DNA of 64,000 nucleotides from Nemertoderma westbladi. Taxonomy: Eukaryota; Animalia; Xenacoelomorpha. This document shows positions 1 through 12,656 of the stretch, in pieces (positions within the stretch are counted from its first letter, which is position 1; the number at the start of each line of letters is the position of its first letter). The position numbers and the translations under genes are program-made. The DNA lies in assembly GCA_032718475.1 (NCBI GenBank), contig JAUCBJ010008400.1, positions 1 to 64,000 of the forward strand, in the 5' to 3' direction. The notes under the pieces are model-generated. The model was not told where the DNA came from. It was given only the letters and a program-made list of their open reading frames with translations, and searched no databases.

Positions 1-1235
1 TCTAGAAGACATTCTAATTTGGCGGGTTAAACTGCCAAAGGTCTGAAAGCGCGAACAGTGGCATTGAAATTGCTGGAAGAGCGATTTGGCAACAAAACGC
101 AAATAATTGCAGCACACATCGAACAATTACGTTTCATAGTAAAAGGACCATAAGAGAAATATATGACCATGGCAGGACACATTCTCGGGCATTGTTGGCA
201 ATGAATGTAAATATGAACGAATATCAAAGAGTAGTAATTACCGATGTGATTGCTGCACTACCAAAAGCAACTGCACTACAAATTATTAGGAGAAACGCGG
301 TAGATGATTTTGAATGGTTGCTGCAGCACATCAAAGAGTAGGCCCTACATTAATGCAGAGGAAATCTTTGCTAACACGGTTAAGCCATTAATTATTTGCG
401 TGGAAAAGCCTTCAGTGCAATACAATTATTCACCTGTGAGCAAAAGCAAACCTTTTTGTCCACCTTCAGCCGCATCTCTGGCAGTAACGACTGTACCTTA
501 ACAAGGTGGTAGTTTTAAACAAAACTCGCAATTGCAAGGGCATTCAAATACTCTCACTTCCATACGCCCTAATCCAACCTGTCATTTCTGTGGGCAGGTT
601 CACTATTCATCTTCTTGCCATGTTGTCATAGACGCTGCCAGGAGACGCGAAATTTTAAGTGAAAAAGGGAAATGCTATAGGTGTATAAATTGAGGACATA
701 CAGAATCGCAGTGCACATATTACAGGCCATGCAAAAATTGCAATAGCACAGCACACAACGCTGCGATTGTCCAAATCAACGTAAATTAACACAATATTCC
801 AGATCTCCTGGAGCAGCGGGATCTCTTTTAGTGAAGTCTACTCCAAACGTAAGCACACAGCCATCCGTTGTGTCTGCCACCAACACAAATGGGACTTCCA
901 CGTCTTTGGTTGCACCTTGCTATAAAGAATCGTCCATGAATTACTCACTCCAGTATGCAACTATTAATGCCTTCAATTATAATGGGGGGTCTTTTAATAT
1001 CAACACATTATTTGACCCCAGTGCTCAACACACATTTATATTACGTGCAATTGCTGAGAAATACCAGCTTCCAGTTATTGGTGTAGACCAACCGCAAGTT
1101 CATGGCTTTGGCAACGAGAAACCAACATCAGAATGCTATGACGCGGTGAATATTCAATTACAATTACGCAATGGAGAAATTGGAACACTCACAGCGAGAG
1201 TTACTGACATAATATGTGGTCCAATTACTAACAAT

Positions 1236-1608
1236 AATAATAAGTGAATTGTTGTGGGGTGAGTGACGCGGTGTATTAAATATACAATGTAAATAAGACA
1301 ATATGATAATGCTCTCCATAGCGAAAAATATCAACCGGCCCTATTGGGGCTCGAACCCGGTACCTAGGTTTCAAACTTCTGGTTATCATCAGCCGGGTGA
1401 GTGTACTGAGCTACCAGACCAGATGAATATTTCGCTGTGGAGTGGGAGAACATATTTAGGCCAACTAATCACTCAATGATAATGGTTATCACGCTGATGA
1501 TAACCAGAAGTTTGAAACCTAGGTACCGGGTTCGAGCCCCAATAGGGCCGGTTGATATTTTTCGCTATGGAGAGCATTATCATATTGTCTTATTTACATT
1601 GTATATTT
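1236..1608 (-). mobile_element. Short retro-insertion with tRNA-like A/B boxes and hammerhead, carrying a 119-bp inverted repeat
   Basis: 13-bp TSD AATTACTAACAAT at 1223-1235 and 1609-1621. (ATT)n tail on the minus strand. Arms 1275-1393 and 1493-1611 are reverse complements. Minus-strand A-box-like TGGTAGCTCAGTAC and B-box GGTTCGAGCCC. Confidence 0.8.
1355..1398 (-). ncRNA. Type I hammerhead ribozyme (minimal, weak stem II)
   Basis: Minus strand reads ACCCGG-CTGATGA-TAAC CAGAA GTTT-GAAA-C CTAG G-TA-CCGGGT: 6-bp stem I, conserved core, palindromic stem III ACCTAGGT. Stem II is only 3 bp with a U-U at its base. Confidence 0.7.
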
Positions 1609-1669
1609 AATTACTAACAATGTACCAGCGTCAGTAATTAAACCAAGCAAAACCCTCCAGGAATTAGAT

Positions 1670-2991
1670 TTGGCTGATTCAACCGTGTCACATCGAGATC
1701 TATTTAATATTGAACTATTAATAGGTGTAGAACAGTATTGGTCCTTGGTCTCAGGAACAATAATTCGTGGAGAAGATTCAGAGCCAATTGCCATAGATAG
1801 CAGAGTTGGCTGGTTGCTATCTGGACCATCCAACACAGAACAATTTAATGATACGCTAGTAATAAGAGATACAAACCTAAATCCAAAACAAGCAGCAAAC
1901 CTTTTAGTACAAGCAAGCTCAATAGGAAATAAATTAGAAAACTCTGACAAATCGTCAGAATCACAATTGATAATGCTTCTAAAATCGTTCTGGTCATTAG
2001 AATCTTTGGGAATAATCCCAAATGAAGATGACTCCAATGATGTCATCTCCGAAGTAATTTTCCGAGATGGATTATACATGGTTAAACTTCCATGGAAGAT
2101 GATCCCAAAGTTGTTACCAGACCACTATACTCGGTGTTACGTCCAGCTTCAATCGCTGCTGAGAAGGTTGACAAAATGGGGTCTTCTACAAAGTTACAAT
2201 TATGTGATCATGGAACACAAAAGGAACGGGTATATTGAGGAAGTTGATCACACGGTAGCAACCGATGCACCGACACACTATGTACCTCACCATGGTGTAC
2301 TTCTGGAGGGCAAGGCAACGACAAATTCAGGGTCGTTATTAATGCAAGTGCCATAGACACTAAACTAGGTGCGTCCTTAAATGACCTTATATATAAAGGT
2401 GCAAATCTATTGCCATCATTGGCAAAAGTGTTAATGGGTTTTCGATTTCACCGTATTGCAATTGTAGCAGACATAAAAGCTGCATTTATGCAATGTGTCA
2501 TAGACAAATCTGATAGAGATATGCTGAGATTTCTATGGGGCAAGGACATAAATGAGGTAAATTGTTCTAACCCAAATATTCAAGCATATCGCTATACACG
2601 TGCCATGTTTGGCCTAACAACAAATCCGCATATTTTGTGCAAAATAATTGCTATACATTTAGATTCTAAATTAGAAAAAGCCAATGAAGCTGAAAATTTG
2701 GATTTAGCAAGTTTAGAATTTGAAAAAGAGGCATTAGGAAAATTGAAAGATGACATCTACGTAGACGATTTGATATCCGAGGCTCAGTGCATAAAGTCTG
2801 GTTTTCTATTTTATGAAAACACTAAGCGTATTATGTTATCCGGGGGATTTGAGATAAGAAAATGGTTAACAAATTCCCAAACATTACAAGAACAAATAGA
2901 CAAATTAGAAAAGCAACAAATTGTGTCATTGGATACCAACATGGTTCCCATTGTACACGAGGAAGACCAGACTTATGCAAAGAGTCGATAG
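1670..2991 (+). pseudogene. BEL/Pao protease C-terminus plus reverse transcriptase, frameshifted
   Basis: ORFs 1670-2356 and 2410-2991 with ADIKAAFMQ, LRFLW, MFGL..P and YVDDL. Confidence 0.85.
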
Positions 2992-3397
2992 GCTCATCAA
3001 ACATAAATCATTGTGAGAACGGAACAATTACCAGAGGGTATTGGGACAGGTGTGGGATCGTAGCTCAGATATGTTGGGTAATAACCTCACTCATTTAAAA
3101 CAATTCGCAGATATTTTGACTCCAAAAAAAAATCTCTATTGCAAATTACTGCAAGGATATATGACCCTTTAGGTCTAATATCGCCATTTTCAGTTGCTCT
3201 GCAAATAGCGTATCGAAAATTGTCTCAGACGGATGTTAAATGGGATGCTCCTTTGCCGCATCCCTCCTTAGAACAATGGCCACACTGGATAGAAGGATTA
3301 GAAATATTAAATCAAGTAGTAGTTCCAAGGTGTATTTTTAGTCCTATTAATCCAAACAAATATGAGTTCAATATGTTCTCTGACGATAGTAAGAACA

Positions 3398-3637
3398 TAT
3401 GCAGCAGCTGTTTACATTCGCATTATGAACATTGATGATTCAGTTACAACTCATTTATTAACCAGCAAGTCAAAAATAGCTCCACAGCAAGATCCTTCTA
3501 TACCATGGCTTGAGTTATTAGGTGGATTAGTTGGATCCAGACTTATATTGTTTGTATCAAATTCACTCCCCGCAAATATAAGGAAAAGTATCTCCAGGAT
3601 ATTCTGTTGGACAGATGCTTTAGATGTTTTGTATTGG
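3398..3637 (+). repeat. Left copy of a ~240-bp direct duplication of BEL RNase H sequence flanking the RTE (right copy 5280-5532)
   Basis: TATGCAGCAGCTG...GATGTTTTGTATTGG is present on both sides of the LINE, near-identical apart from one small rearranged patch. Confidence 0.9.
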
Positions 3638-5279
3638 GTGTTAAACTATTGGGTAAAACGTGTTGGGAAGTGGAAAAATCACTTCAGCAACTTGCTTGGG
3701 CAGCCACCAAACATCGAGGTCAGCCCTACAAGGAAAATATATGACAAGACACTACCTATAGAAACAGGGGACTTCACACCTGCCGAACTCCAAAGAAGCA
3801 TTAAAAGCATGTCCAATAATAAAGCGAGTGGATTAGATGAAATCCCAGTGGAGGTATGGAAAACCGGAGTGCTAAATAGACCATTATTGAATGTTTGCAA
3901 CCGGATGTTAAAAGGGGAAAAGCCACCAACAATTTGGACTAAAGGTCAACTAAAGCCCCTCCCCAAGAAAGGAGACCTCGGCATACCAACAAACTATCGT
4001 GGGATCTGTCTGCTTGTGGTAGCTGCCAAAATATACAATAAAATGATTCTATATAGGATTAGGCCTCACATAGAGAAACTACTGCGTAAGAGCCAAAACG
4101 GATTTCGACCAAGTAGATCAACAATAGCTCAGATACTTGCACTACGGAGACTGATTGAAGGAATTAAGTCAAAGAATCTTCCCGCAGTCATGACTTGTGG
4201 ACTTCGAGAAGGCATTCGACTCCATCCATAGAGGTAAAATGCTTGAAATCCTAAGAGCTTATGGAATACCAGAAGTAATTGTTGCTGGCATTAGATTGTT
4301 ATATTGTGACACAGAAGCGCAGGTACTCTCACCAGATGGTGAAACTGAGTTTTTCTCAATCCTGGCTGGTGTACTGCAAGGTGACGACACATTAGCACCA
4401 TTACTATTTGTAATTTTGCTGGATTACGCAATGAGGACGGCCACAAAGGGTGAAGATCTGGGATTCACACTTCAAGAATGCAGAAGTAGTAGATATCCAG
4501 CAACTACAGTCACAGACACCGACTTTGCGGATGACATCGCCCTGCTCTCTAATACGCTAGCAGATGCACAGCTTCTACTAAATAAAGTGGAGATGGCTGC
4601 TAAGGAGGTTGGATTGAATATAAATGCTACCAAGACCGATTTCATGACCTTTAATGTTGATGGAAACTTGACAACCATTGATAATAATCAACTAAGGAAG
4701 GTCGATGACTTCCAGTACCTTGGATCATGGATAGAGAGTAGCAAAAAGGACATAGAAGTTAGGAAAGCAAAGGCTTGGGTAGCTCTATCAAAAATGGATA
4801 CCATCTGGAAATCAGATCTCTCCAGGCACCTGAAGACTAAGTTCTTTCGAGCCACAGTGGAAAGTGTATTTTTATATGGGGGTGAGACCTCATGGACACT
4901 GACTAAATCGCTTGAACAACGAATTGATGGTTGCTACACAAGACTACTAAGGGCAGCCCTAAACATCAGCTGGAGACAACAAATGAGAAACGCCGAGCTT
5001 TATGGTACAATACCACCTGTATCAACCACCCTCCGTGAACGCAGATTAAGATTCAGTGGGCACTGCTGGCGAAGTAAAGACGAGGTCATACCAGATCTAC
5101 TTCTCCGGCAACCAACTCATGGAAAGCGTAGTCGTGGATGACCTGCCATAACATATATAGATCAACTTGAAAGGGATACTGAACTTGGGAGAAACGAAAT
5201 TGCAACAACTATGGAGAATCGGGAAGCCTGGAAGGATCTCATTTCCACTGTCCGAGTTCGCTCGACCTAGTAGTAGTAG
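3638..5279 (+). mobile_element. 5'-truncated RTE-clade LINE (RT region), frameshifted
   Basis: KASGLDEIP, PLPKKGDL, NYRGICL, QNGFRPSRST, DFEKAFDS, GVLQGD, DFADDIALL, FQYLGS, RRLRFSGHCWR; ends in a (TAG)n tail at ~5268-5280. Confidence 0.9.
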
Positions 5280-5749
5280 TATGCAGCAGCTGTTTACATT
5301 CGATTTTTCGATACATTCGATTCACATTGATGATTCAGTTACAACTCATTTATTAACCAGCAAGTCAAAAATAGCTCCACAGCAAGATCCTTCTATACCA
5401 TGGCTTGAGTTATTAGGCGGATTAGTTGGATCCAGACTTATATTGTTTGTATCAAATTCACTCCCCGCAAATATAAGGAAAAGTATCTCCAGGATATTCT
5501 GTTGGACAGATGCTTTAGATGTTTTGTATTGGCTTGCAATACCCAATACATCAGAGAAACAATTCGTGCAAAACCGAGTAAAGGAAATGCGACAAATTGC
5601 ATCTAATTGAGGAGCAATTTGGATGGCATTTTTTTTTTTTTAGTTCTGTACAGTTCAGTACAGTTCTAGGCTAAAGCCTGAAAGCTACATAGGCCTAGGC
5701 TTATACTGCATACTGCAGTACTGCCATAGCCCTAGGCTTATGAGCCTAA

Positions 5750-6577
5750 ACCGTTCACATCCGCCGTACGGCAATCGGGAATTGGCAACTACTACACTGA
5801 CCGGTCATGCAGTAGGTTGGAGTTGCACCAAGAGGGGGTAGTAATATCATACCCAGAGGGAGCGGCCTGGAAAGCCGACTCAAAATAAAAGAACTCCACC
5901 CCACACCCGATAGTAGATCGGGTTCCAGCGGAATTGAAGCGCACTCGAAGGTGATGCTATCTTCTCACTGGGAAGATAGCATGGGGGGGGGGGGTGTGAG
6001 CGGATTCAATTCCGCCTCACTATCCCCATAAAGTTGGGAAGTGGCGCCCCTTTTTTCAGCAATATTGGAGATACGAGATTCATAACAATCAATCTCGTAT
6101 CACACCCAATAATGGGATAACCCAATCCCCAAAAGCCATACAAAGGGAGGTTAGAGGTTAAACCACCTCGAGAGGGCAGATAACCAACAGCGGGGGGGGG
6201 AAGCACTCCCACAGAGGTGAGAGGCGTGAAGTGGGTTATAAGCCAATGGGAGACCGGGAGAGCATCCGCTAGGTAATAAGGCCACAGTACCATAAGGGTG
6301 ATTAGATATATTATCAGTATATTTACATACCAGTTTTAGTTTACTCAGTCACTCAGTGCAGACCGGTGACATTTCGCACCGTCACTGTCACCATCAGTAC
6401 ACGTTACATTATATTATCAGTTATACTACCAATTTATATTCTGTCAACTGTGTTATCATATATTATCCGTTTATTCAATCTATAACAATATCAGAGCGTT
6501 AACAATAAACTATCTTTCTCAATTACACGGTGACGCGTAACTTAATAAACCGGTCGGGATCCCCTGATCCCATCACA
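5750..6577 (+). mobile_element. 3' end of an LTR element: structured 3' region, poly-G PPT and LTR (5995-6577)
   Basis: G-run at 5983-5994, then TGT...TCACA. The upstream ~135 nt is homologous to 35518-35653 and 36766-36896. The left boundary is approximate. Confidence 0.75.
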
Positions 6578-9500
6578 CAGTGAGAGACTTAAAGATATTG
6601 AGAAGGGATTTTCTGCCCAGATAGATAATATAGCTGATCTCATTGGTAGTCTGCGCAGGCCTGACGACGATGGGAGGCCTCATGTTTCCAGACCGACAGT
6701 GACACGTACCGGTACCGGTATGGGTACCAGTTGGGACAGGCGGGCCCATTACAGCCAGACCGGCCGTCTGCTGTTCCTATTATTGGCGGCGCCAATGAGT
6801 CTGAGGTTTCGGTGCTCCTAAGTTACCCTCCAATGCTAGGTCGATCATCCCAGGTGGTGCCTAATGTTGGCCCAACTAATTCATCGAACAGGGCAACTGT
6901 TAATTCGGGATACACCAGAAAGAACTATGTGGCTGCAGTGCGCGGGCAGCAGCCCGCACATGGTCGGCCGAGTCATGGCAAACCGTACCGGTATTTCTAA
7001 TTACTGGTCTCCGCTGGTAACGCCTATGCAATCCCCTCGGGTGTTGAGCGATAGGGGTAGTGTTAAGAGGACAAGGCCTAATTCGCCTAACTTGGCTCCA
7101 AGGGATACCGGTAATGTCTTTAGTGGCTCTGGGTATACGGAAGTTGTGAATAAACCGAGGCGTCGCAATCGGGAGTTTATTGTTGGAACCAAAAAGAGTT
7201 AGTGGAGGGAAAAAAAAGTTGGTGGAGCGGCAGATGACGACCAGCCTTCTTCCAAAAAGACAGGCTTGCGTGCGGCACCGGCGGATGTATTTGTGTTTCG
7301 GTTATCGCCCGATACAACCGCTCAGGACATCGTGGATTGCCTTGAGACACAGGGAGTTCAGATCCCTCTATCATATGTAAAGAGGATTTCGCACCCAGAT
7401 GCCAACTCTGCAAGCTTTCGGGTGTCGTTTATGGCTAAGAGTGTGGAGAAAGCTCTTTCGTCGGAGACATGGCCCTCTGGCGTTTGCGTACGCAAATGGG
7501 TACATAACAGGAGCATCAACACAACTGGTCGTTTTAATGGCGGGCAGTCACGTAACGTAATCGAGGAGGCCTAATGCAAACTATTTTACTCAACGCATGA
7601 ATGATTAGTATAGAACATCAATTTTTTTTTCTCTACAAACTTTATAAAGGAAGATTTTCCTTTATATATTTTCTATCCATAACTTTATTTATATATTATT
7701 ATTATATAATAGTACCGATCGTTAACAGTATTTCATCAATGTGTTCTAATCCGAATTTAACCATTATATCCTACAATTCGACCGGTTTTGGGTTGGATAA
7801 GATTGATTTGATTGATTCTCTTGTAAATAGTGCAGATATTGTTTGCTTACAGGAACATTTTCTTTTGGAGTCATGTTGTAATAATAAGCTAAAGCAGTTT
7901 TTTCCTGATTGCCATTTCAGCGCAGTACCAGCCACTTACTTAAATGGTGAGGGCAATAGTAGAGGTAGGCCCAGTGGGGGATTGTGTATTATATGGAAGA
8001 AATCAATTAGTAAATACGTATCCGTGGTTACAAACGGTTCTAGTAATTCTAGGCTGCAGGCGATTGAACTAAAAATTAAATTTCCTCAGTCTGAGTCTAG
8101 TTTATTGTTGTTAAACTCCTATTTCCCGGTGGATGAGCGTTTATCTACTTTGGCATCTGATGAGTTACCTTTGTTACTAAATAGTATTGAGTCACTTATT
8201 TCTAATTCTAGCTGTGCAAATGTACTGCTTGGTGGTGATTTAAATTATGATTTTAGTCGGAACAACATTCATGTAAATCTAATTAGAGAGTTTATTGAAT
8301 CTAAATTGTTTAACGTGCTGTGGGATATACAACCGATCGATTATACATTATGTCTCATGCCAATGGTGTTGTTTATAAATCTACGTTAGACCATTTTATT
8401 CTTAGCGACCGGTTGTCTCAGGGAAATTTTGAATCAGATGTAATTCATTTGGGTAACAACCTTTCAGCGCATTCTCCTATTTATTTTAAAATACCTATTA
8501 GTGCATTGGACTTGACTGTGCAAAACACATCGAAACCAATTCGATTTAATATTGGTAGAGCTTCTGATGAGCAACGGTCTCAATTTAGTAATTATTTAAA
8601 TTTATTGTTAGAAAAGTGCAATTTACCGTATGGAATAGTAAATTGTACTGATATTAATTGTAATTTACCTGAACATCGTATGGGTTTAGAAAAATTCGCT
8701 TTGAATATATTGGACGCGGTTGACTCAGCAGCACACTGCCTCCCTAAGTCAGGGGGTCCGGAAAGTGAGACCCCAATCGGAAAGTGAGACCCCAATAAGA
8801 ACTGAAATTATCCCTGGATGGAATAGTCAAGTTAAGCCCTTTAAAGATGAAGCCATATTTTGGCACTCAGTGTGGTGTGCTGCGGAGAGACCAAATTCCT
8901 CACAAAGTAACCTATTTTTCATGAGACAGAGTAGCCGGGCTCAATATAAATATGCAGTACGACGTGTTAAACGTAATATTGATACATTGAAAAGAGATAG
9001 GCTATTAAATGCGTCCCTTTCTGGTAATATAAATATTTTTGATGAGATTAGAAAAATGCGAGGTTCATCTGTCGTGCAAAGTACTTCAATCGAAGGGATT
9101 CACAGGAAAATGCTAATAAATTTGCTGATATTTATAAAGTATTATATAACCAAGAGCCTAATTCAGGTAGTGTCAATGATATAAATAGTAAATTAAATGA
9201 GTGTATAGCAAATTTTTAATATTGATAGTTTTGAGCCAGTTACCATGGAAACCATACACACTGCTTTGCAGCATTTAAAGAGTGGTAAAAGTGACGTTAT
9301 ATACGGATTTGATTCAGGCTGTTTGATTTATGGCGGACCTGCATTAGAAACATTAATAGCAAAACTGTTCAATGCTTTTCTGGTACACGGTGTTATTTCG
9401 AAATGTTCATTGTCAATATCCATGGTACCTATTGTGAAAAACAATTTAGGAGATATTACAGCTATTACTAATTATAGGGCCATCGCAATAGCGTCATTGT

Positions 9501-10185
9501 TACTTAAAGTATTTGAGTGGGTGCTGCTGATATCTGAGGGAGAAAAACTGGATTTAGACCACTTGCAGTTCGGTTTCCGTGAGAAATCGAGCACAGTAAT
9601 GTGCTCGTGGACAGCAACGGAGGTCATTAATTACTATATGCGAAAGTCTACACCAGTCTCTGGTTGTTTGTTGGACTTCACCAAAGCTTTTGATTTGGTT
9701 GAATGGAGAAAGCTTTTCCTTGAGCTGATCAAAAAAGGTTTTTCTCCCTTATATCTTAGGTGTTTGTTGTTTATTTATAGAACACAAATGTGTGCAGTGA
9801 GATGGAATAACGTTTTGTCATTTGATTTTTCTATTACTAATGGAGTTAGGCAAGGGTCGGTTATTTCACCGGTCCTGTTCTGTGTTGTTTTAAATGTGCT
9901 GATTTCACGGCTCAGACAGGCAAAAATAGGTTGTTATATTGGTGCTCAGTTTTATGGTTGTCCGTCCTTTGCGGACGATATGTTTCTATTGTGCCCGTCC
10001 GTAATTGGCCTACAATACATGATTAATATTTGCAAAGATTTTTGTAAAGAGTATAAATTACAGATTAGTAATGATATTGATCCGAAAAAAAGTAAAACTA
10101 AATGTATCCCGTTCCAGAACACATGGAAGCCGCCTAGTGTGAATATTTCAGTAAATAACGTTACACTACCATGGGTTGAGAAAGG
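6578..10185 (+). mobile_element. RTEX-like LINE: ORF1 plus APE-RT ORF2, frameshifted and 3'-truncated
   Basis: ORF1 C-terminus VFVFRLSPDTT...SFRV...WPSGVCVRKW (7266-7574). APE motifs SYNSTG, CLQEH, GRPSGGL, GGDLN, LDHF, SAHSPI. RT motifs NYRAIA, QFGFR, LDFTKAFD, GVRQGSVISP, FADD. Clade call is by motif style. Confidence 0.85.
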
Positions 10186-11117
10186 GCTACCCTTTAATTT
10201 CGATAATGAACTTTCTAATTCATCGTTTCGTTTATTTTTTGTTTAAGCAGTAGTAAGGAAACCTGGAAAAGTAGATAATTATATTATATTTTATTTATAT
10301 TTAAACGTCAAGCTACTAATAGTAAAAAAGCGAACCGGTAGGTATGTACAACAAGTAAATAAAAATCGACTGGAGACCCAGACATGCATGTAATAGTGAT
10401 CAGCTGAATGCAGACAGCTGATCACTATTACATGCATGTCAGTAGTAGGAGAAGCAGTGTCCCCCTCATAGTCCTCCCTAGCTTGGGCTATGGGCATTCC
10501 ATTCGGAGGCAATTAAAAAATGCCAAATTCCGGTGCTAAATTGCGGTGCGCGCCATATGTCACCATCGGCAGTTGCCATCAACCAATCGTAGCGTAGCCT
10601 AACCTCGCGATGCCCGCCTTACTCGACTACTGACTAACTACTAACCCTAATGTTATTCACCTTTTCGCCACGTTACCACCACGCTACCACCACTGTATAC
10701 TGTATATGGTGACGACAACGACGACGTGGCCATCTACACGCATCACGCATATATTATATTATATCGATTGCCAATTCAACGACTGCTGTCGCCAAACCAA
10801 CAAACCAACCAACCAACCAGTATGATACATGAAATTCCGCCACGTTCCAGCTACGCGTATACGAGCATTAGTGATTATTATTATTATTATTACGCAGAAC
10901 CAAATAATTTTTGATTATACAGTAGTTCCCTACCGACTAATCAACTAACCAATCAATAAACCGAATTTAGGCTATTTCTCAGTTTAAGACCTGTATTATT
11001 TTTGAAAATATCTTATATATATAATCTCTTGCTTTAATCACAATTAATCATTTGTAATGGTTTTAGTTTAAAAGTTTTTACTTTGTTTGTTTGATTTATA
11101 ATAAAATAAATTAAATA

Positions 11118-11561
11118 ATGTCTTCTAATTCCGATATGGTTGTGCCAATAGTAAGGCATTCATTTTTTGCAGAAGATGGTGAAGCCTATATTGTTATTGA
11201 TTATACAATTTACCGTCGGGGAGATGATAAATATAAAATTGAGTTTTCTGAAAAAGCCAGGAAAGTTTTAAGCTCAATTGATATTGATGCTTCTGATAAT
11301 AGTATTCATATCTTAGATTACAACCTGAAAGTTGAGCATGAGGGAAAATTAATCAATATCTTACTATTATCCATGATAGAGGGGTTAATTGTTAATACAC
11401 AATACAATGAAGCTGGTGAAAAGTTTGAAATACGGCTAAATCGGCACAGCCCCTACGAAATTATGTCTTTCTTTATTGTAATGATTTCAAAAGAATCCTT
11501 TGTCGAAACTGAAGAATCAACAGATAATGTTGAATATGTTGATAATATCATTGATTCTTGA
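11118..11561 (+). CDS. Polinton orphan protein, 147 aa, acidic
   Basis: Intact and same length in copy B (48066-48509). Confidence 0.7.
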   Translation: MSSNSDMVVPIVRHSFFAEDGEAYIVIDYTIYRRGDDKYKIEFSEKARKVLSSIDIDASDNSIHILDYNLKVEHEGKLINILLLSMIEGLIVNTQYNEAGEKFEIRLNRHSPYEIMSFFIVMISKESFVETEESTDNVEYVDNIIDS

Positions 11562-11750
11562 CTTTTCCCACTATATTATAAATATTTTATGATTATTTAT
11601 AAAATTTTGATGTTTTTAATTATGAAAAAAAAAAAACATCAAATTTTAAATAATCGAAAATTGTAGTAGTAATTGTATATACAGTATAACAGATTTGTTT
11701 GTTGTTGTGTATTGAGGTAATTATTTTCAATTTACTTTAAAATTTGGAAA

Positions 11751-12656
11751 ATGGATATTTTAAATGAAAAATGTCCAGTTTGCTATTCTAAGTTATTGCA
11801 ACATCGAGATTATTATAAATGTGAAAATAAACATGCAACTTGCGTACAATGTATTGTACAATATTCCGAAATGAATAATTATTGTTCTAAAATTTGTCCT
11901 ATTTGTCGCGCACCCATATCTAAGTTTAATATAAAGTTGGCAAGATAATAAATTTTATCTCGGTTATCTGTAAATCAATTTCTGAATCACTGATACAACT
12001 TTGTATCGATATTCGCTCAGAAATGTTGTCTTTGTAGACGTTAAGTTCATCGTAGCAGACACATTCACTATCCTCGAAGGTTAAACGAACCATTTCAATT
12101 CGCCGACCTCGCTTGGTGTAAGAAGAATCATGCCCCTAGAAGAAACAATAGCCTTTCCATCGTCAACCCTGTAGCCATTGGTGATCGCTAAATTGCGCTC
12201 GTTCCGAATATTTGTAACAAACCCAAAAGTGCAATAGTCAAAAGCAACCCAATTGCCCGGTTTTAGGACAAGGTGAGTAGTAGGATTAATAAAAGGGCGA
12301 CAGATGTTTACATATTGTTGAAATAAATTGGCGCAGGCGACGGAAAAGGTGATCCATGAACTGTTTACAGTGTCTTCCAGCTTTATTAACTCGAGTGGAT
12401 TCACTGGGTTAATTATTGGAAAGAGCTTCGAAATATAACTTATATTTCTGCGGAAAGTAATGATCCGGGAGATTTATTTACAATATTGGAGAATATTTTT
12501 TATAGAAATGTAGTACGACGGTGTTGCTACTATATTCCTTATTTTTTTAGCAGCGAACATAAAAAAATCATTAGCGCGAAATTCTCGGGAAGTGATTTCC
12601 AAACCGCCGATGTTACCTATCATTATTTCGCGTATAAAGATGCTCACCATGCTTGA
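11751..12656 (+). pseudogene. C3HC4 RING protein interrupted by a ~470-bp insertion (11945-12411)
   Basis: CPVC..CENKHATCVQC..CPICR; the sequence resumes matching copy B at ATTATTGGAAAGAG (~12412). Confidence 0.85.

Larger units (their letters stand above)
1..5610 (+). mobile_element. BEL/Pao LTR retrotransposon internal region (gag-PR-RT-RNase H), decayed; no LTR or integrase in view
   Basis: Gag-like LKLLEERFGNK near the start. Three zinc knuckles at ~580-770 (CHFCGQVHYSSSC, CYRC..GH..QC, CKNC...H). Protease-like LFDPSAQHTFI and IELLIGVEQYW. Pao RT motifs VKLPWK, HYVPHHGV, ADIKAAF, LRFLW, YVDD. RNase H region IYDPLG, LTSKSKIAP, SIPWLELLG, WTDA. Many stops and frameshifts; interrupted at 1236-1608 and 3638-5279. 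Confidence 0.9.

Noticed and set aside
1493-1531. Second hammerhead in the plus-strand arm
   Set aside because: The core is present but the 5' strand of stem I (ACCCGG) is missing, so it cannot fold in cis.
10249-10254. AGTAGT as the left terminus of Polinton A (also at 10441)
   Set aside because: The following sequence does not convincingly match the copy-B terminus; homology starts only near 10590.
5624-10525. TGGCATTTTTT / AAAAAATGCCA as TIRs of one large transposon
   Set aside because: Short, low-complexity match with no TSD.
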